NCBI GenBank assembly: GCA_964016885.1
Contig: OZ024754.1
Coordinates: forward strand, 2,604,001-2,668,000
Length of the DNA stretch: 64,000 nt
From: Eledone cirrhosa
Taxonomy: Eukaryota
Reading direction: 5' to 3'
Positions 59,291 through 64,000 of this stretch are shown one piece after another. The number at the start of each line of letters is the position of its first letter. Position 1 is the first letter of the stretch. The notes beneath the pieces were generated by a model. It searched no databases. It had not been told where the DNA came from and saw nothing but the letters and a program-made list of their open reading frames with translations. Made by a program: the position numbers and the translations under genes.

Positions 59291-59738
59291 GTAGTGGGAG
59301 GAAGGGCTGGGTAGTGGTCGAAGCTGAGGTGGTGGCGGCAGTGTGTAATAGTCGCCATATTGTGGGCGATGTGAAGGAATGGGAGAAATTGTAAGGTAGT
59401 TAGGGAGGAGGGTGTTGTGGAGAGGGGGAGGTAGACATGAGGATAGGAAGCGATGGTGGTGGTGGTGGTGGTGAAGGTGGAGGTGATGGTCCTGGGAGTA
59501 GTGATGGTGGTGGTGATGATGGAAGGGAGAGTTGCAGATGATGGTGGCGTTGGAGGCGGTAGTTAGAGGTGAGGTGAGGGTGGAGGTGGAGATACAGTAT
59601 AGGAGAGTGAAGGGTGGAGGTAAAGATACGGTGAGAGGGGGAGAGGGTGGAGGTAGAGATACAGGTGGGGTGCGATAACGGTGACAGTGAATGGGGTGGG
59701 AGGATAAGTGTGTGTGTAATGAAGTTGGAGGTATGTAT

Positions 59739-59828
<90 letters not shown>

Positions 59829-59856
59829 GGTAGAGAGAGAGAGAGAGAGAGATAAG

Positions 59857-59918
<62 letters not shown>

Positions 59919-60707
59919 TTGGTATAGAAAGAGAAAGAGAGAGGGAGTAGGTAGAGGAAGGGAAGAAAGAAAAAAATGGATATAGTAGAGAGGAAGAAGG
60001 AGATAATGTGAAGGGGAAGAGAGAGAGGTGGGTGGTGTAGGGGTGAGAGAGAGGGGTAGGAGGGGGTGTTGTGTTAATTAGTCTCCACTGTCATTAACGT
60101 TATCATGTACCTACGTAATTATATTTGTGTAGATTGGGATGTGTGTACATGTTGTACGTGGGTGAATGTGTAACAGTGTGTGTGTGGGTGTGTGTGTGTG
60201 TGTATGTGTGAGTACATGTGTGACTGTGTGACTGTGTATGTGTATGTGATGTGTGACTGTGTGACTGTGTGTCTGTGTGTTTCTGTGACTGTGCGACTGT
60301 GTGAATGTGTGACTATGTGACTGTGTGACTGTGTGTCTGTGTGTTTCTGTGACTGTGTGACTGTGTGTATGTGTGTGACTGTGTATGTATGTGTGTGTGT
60401 GTGTACATGTGTGTGTGTGTGAATGTGTAACAGTGTGTGTGCCTGTGTATGTATGTGTGTGTGTGTACATGTGTGTGTGTGTGAATGTGTAACAGTGTGT
60501 GTGCCAGTGTATGTGTGTGTGTGAACTTGTCTCGTTCGCGGAAACCCTGCCGTAACAAGATAAAGACTTGCTGAAAGTTGACAATATCTTTGTAATTGGA
60601 CGTCTTAATAGGTGTATAAAGACATGTACAGATGTAGTGTATATATATATATATAGGTGTATAAAGACATGTACAGATGTAGTGTATATATATATATATA
60701 TATAAAT

Positions 60708-60870
60708 AGTAATAATAATAAATGTGAAGACTAAAATCCAAAGAGGGCTCGATAAGGATAAATATATATCAAATATATAGAGCAAATATTTATTAAAATA
60801 ACAGATTAAAGTTTAAGCAAAGAATCGCTGCTTTCACCCTTAACGGGATCTTCTGAAACTAACAAAGTCA
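60708..60870 (-). mobile_element. Family G element with HHR-like motif at 60810-60860
   Basis: Minus strand: agttt CAGAAGA t-ccc-gttaa-ggg-t GAAA gca-gcgattctt-tgc TT aaact; the core carries a U4>A change. Confidence 0.75.
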
Positions 60871-60965
60871 ATCTGTAAACGCAGAAGTGAATATTTAAAA
60901 AAACGTTGCAACCGGAGGAAGACAGGAAGACGATACTTTGGTTCGTGGAAACGTTCCCTGGTAAA

Positions 60966-61222
60966 GAACGGGAAAAGACGAATATAATACGTCATTAATA
61001 GGAGCGGTGAAAAACAATTACACGCAAAGACAGAACCACGTTTATGGTATAAAAGAACTCGTAGACTAATGTTCTCTTAGGTGGTTCATAGAGACATTCT
61101 CTGGCAATGAACGGAAAAAACGAAGATAATACGTCATGTGTGGAGCGTGGAGAACAATTGCACGCAAAGACAAAACCACGTAAATGGTATAGCTGAAGTC
61201 GTAGACTAAAATTCTAACTAGG
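60966..61222. repeat. Diverged direct repeat, period about 143 bp, 2 copies
   Basis: ataatacgtcat...ggagcg...aacaatt.cacgcaaagaca.aaccacgt..atggtata...tcgtagactaa occurs twice. Confidence 0.85.
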
Positions 61223-61497
61223 AAACCGCATGATTCTCCGCTTCAGAGTTAAGAATAAAGTAAATAAAATACAGAGGTTATTGAAATTAAAAGAATACAT
61301 ACACGCATCCATAAACGTACATACACAAGCATACGCGAAAAACACTCGCCATAGGTATACAAATACACGCACGTACACACACACAAATATATATATATAT
61401 ATATGTTTAATATATATTTTTATGTGTATTTTGGTGTATACATTCGTATGCGTGCGGGTACAGGCGTTGCGTGGGTTCTGCGTGTGCGTGCGTGTAT

Positions 61498-61587
<90 letters not shown>

Positions 61588-61604
61588 GTAATAGGTGGTA
61601 ATGA

Positions 61605-61797
61605 TAATTGTTTCTACTTTTGGCACAAGGCCAGCAATTACCCCAGTACATTACTGGTACTTTATTCTATCGCCCCCGTAAGGGTGAAAGGCAAAGTTAA
61701 CCTCGGCGGGATTTAAACTAGACCATAAAGGGCCGTAACTCTATGCTGAAAAGCATGGCATCCGACTCTCTACCGATACTGTCAATCCACCTCCCTT
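61605..61797 (-). mobile_element. SINE family 1, full length
   Basis: Head, core and tail align to the 14169 and 27453 copies. Confidence 0.9.
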
Positions 61798-62104
61798 TAA
61801 GATGATGATGATGATGATGAGGAGGAGGAGGAGGGGGAGGGAGGCGTAACAGAAGGATGATGATGAGGAGGTTGGAGTATGAGGAGAGTGGAAGGGTGGA
61901 GGGTGGAGCGTGGAGGAGGGTGGAGGGTGGAGTATGAGGAGGGTGGAGGTGAGTGGAGGATGGGGAGGGTGGAGGATGAGGGGGTGATATATATGATGAC
62001 TGTGAATGAACGTGTGAGTAATAATGGCGCGAAGAGAAGATAATGTCGTAAATGATAGCAATCATTGATTAGGTATTATATATCAGTACACATAACTATA
62101 GCAG

Positions 62105-62212
<108 letters not shown>

Positions 62213-62231
62213 TATTTACATATATATATAC

Positions 62232-62262
<31 letters not shown>

Positions 62263-62275
62263 AATATAAATATAC

Positions 62276-62323
<48 letters not shown>

Positions 62324-62494
62324 GTATATATATATATACACACTATAAAATATGGGTTATATACAGACATTTATATATACATATATATATATACGTATGT
62401 ATTCATGCATGTGTGTCTATAATAATATTGCGTGTATATGTATTCATACATACATACATGCATATATACATACATACATGCATATATACATACA

Positions 62495-62565
<71 letters not shown>

Positions 62566-62889
62566 GATTACATATAATGTATATATACATACATGCATAT
62601 ATATATATATAATGTATATATACATACTGCAGCTTACATCCGTGTATTTTTTTATCGACGATAAAGTATTATAAAAAGACTCGTTAGAAAAACGACAAAC
62701 ACAGCCATGATTAAAACAATTCAATTCAGCAGATAGCGAGTTCCATTAACGGTGGTGGTGTTTAGCAAGGTAATGAGAAAACTAGGGGAAGGATACATAT
62801 ATATTATCTAGTAATATCAGGTTGGTTTCCTAGATGAGGTGGAAAGAGGTGGAAAGAGGGTTAGAATAGAAAGAACGAGAGGTATAATG

Positions 62890-63119
62890 AAGGCGGTGGT
62901 GATAGTGGTGGCGGTGGTGGTGGCCGCGGTGGTGGTGGTGGTGGTGGTGGTGGTGGTGTCGGCTGCGGTCGTGGTGGTGGTGGTGGTGGTGATGGTGGCG
63001 GTGGTGGTGTGTGGGGGGGGGAGATGATTGTGGTGGTGGTGGTGGTGGTGTACGAGAGTATAAGGTGGTGGTGTTCCTAGACTTCATGATGGCTTCGAAT
63101 CCTGCTGGAGGTGTTGTTG

Positions 63120-63151
<32 letters not shown>

Positions 63152-63699
63152 GGTGGTGGTGGTGGTGGTGGTGGTGGTGGTGGTGGTGGTGTTAGTATTG
63201 GTGGTCTTGTTGGTGTCGTTGTTGGTGGTGTTTGCTGTTGTTGATGATGTTGTTGTTGGGTGTTGGCGATCGTGGTGTTGTTGGTGTTGTTGTTGGTGGT
63301 GGTGTTCTTGTTGTTGGTGTTTGGTGTTGTTGGTGTTGTTGTTGGTGGTGGTGTTCTTGTTGTTGGTGTCGTTGTTGTTGGTGTTTGGTGCTTTTGGTGT
63401 TGTTGTTGATGTTGTTGGTGTTGTTGGTGTTGTTGTTGTTGCTGCTGCTGGTGTTGATGTTGTTGGTGTTGTTGTTGGTGTTGTTGGTGTTGGTGTTGTT
63501 GTTGGTGTTGTTGGTGTTGTTGGTGTTGGTGGTGTTGTTTTTGATGATGTTGTTGTTGGGTGTTGGTGGTCGTAGTGTTGTTGGTGTTGTTGTTGGTGTT
63601 GTCGTTGGTGGTGGTGTTGTTGTTGTTGTTGGTGTTGGTGGTGTTGTTGATGTTGCTGCTGCTGCTGCTGGTGTTGTTGGTGTTGATATTGACGTTGAC

Positions 63700-63732
<33 letters not shown>

Positions 63733-63765
63733 GGTGGTGGTGGTGGTGGTGGTGGTGGTGGTGTT
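62890..63765. repeat. Cryptic (GGT/GTT)n tract
   Basis: Directly visible. Confidence 0.95.
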
Positions 63766-64000
63766 CAGTGAGATTATAATTAGCAACACTACCAATTTCG
63801 ATGATAATATACGCTGAGTAAGGTTTAATCATATATATATATTATTTTACTATATTACTACACCTCATTTCGTTCCGGCTGTCATTGTCGTCTGCTTCTT
63901 ACAAATTATATTTGCAAACGTTTCGCCTCAAGGAAGTTGTAGACATAGTTTATTATTATTTTCCTTGCCACTTCTATGCACAGTTTTGGGGGTTTTTTTC

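Noticed and set aside
60608-60695. Short local duplications bounded by TA (also near 8762/8846, 22992/23149, 32473/32582)
   Set aside because: Explained by ordinary slippage or unequal exchange between TA runs.

Overview
AT-rich, microsatellite-saturated eukaryotic non-coding DNA (intronic or intergenic). The tRNA-derived SINEs and the L1/Tx1 and RTE LINE remnants resemble those of octopod cephalopods; this is from recognition, not a database search. No host protein-coding exon can be called with confidence, and almost the whole ORF track is translated (TA)n/(CA)n/(GA)n or trinucleotide repeat. The main signal is a large set of short inserts (about 60-600 bp) sitting inside (TA)n arrays. They belong to several non-homologous families but share one architecture: a type I hammerhead ribozyme (HHR) motif or its 3' half, a long arm ending in a tail fused to (TA)n, and a shorter inverted copy of that arm. 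The fold-back point lies in or beside the HHR, and a TTGAGTRCT-like motif sits near the tail end. Degenerate Penelope-like (PLE) protein fragments occur nearby. The simplest reading is (TA)n-targeted, HHR-carrying fold-back derivatives of Penelope-like retroelements. All structures were read by eye, element boundaries are approximate to a few bases, and no folding or homology software was run.
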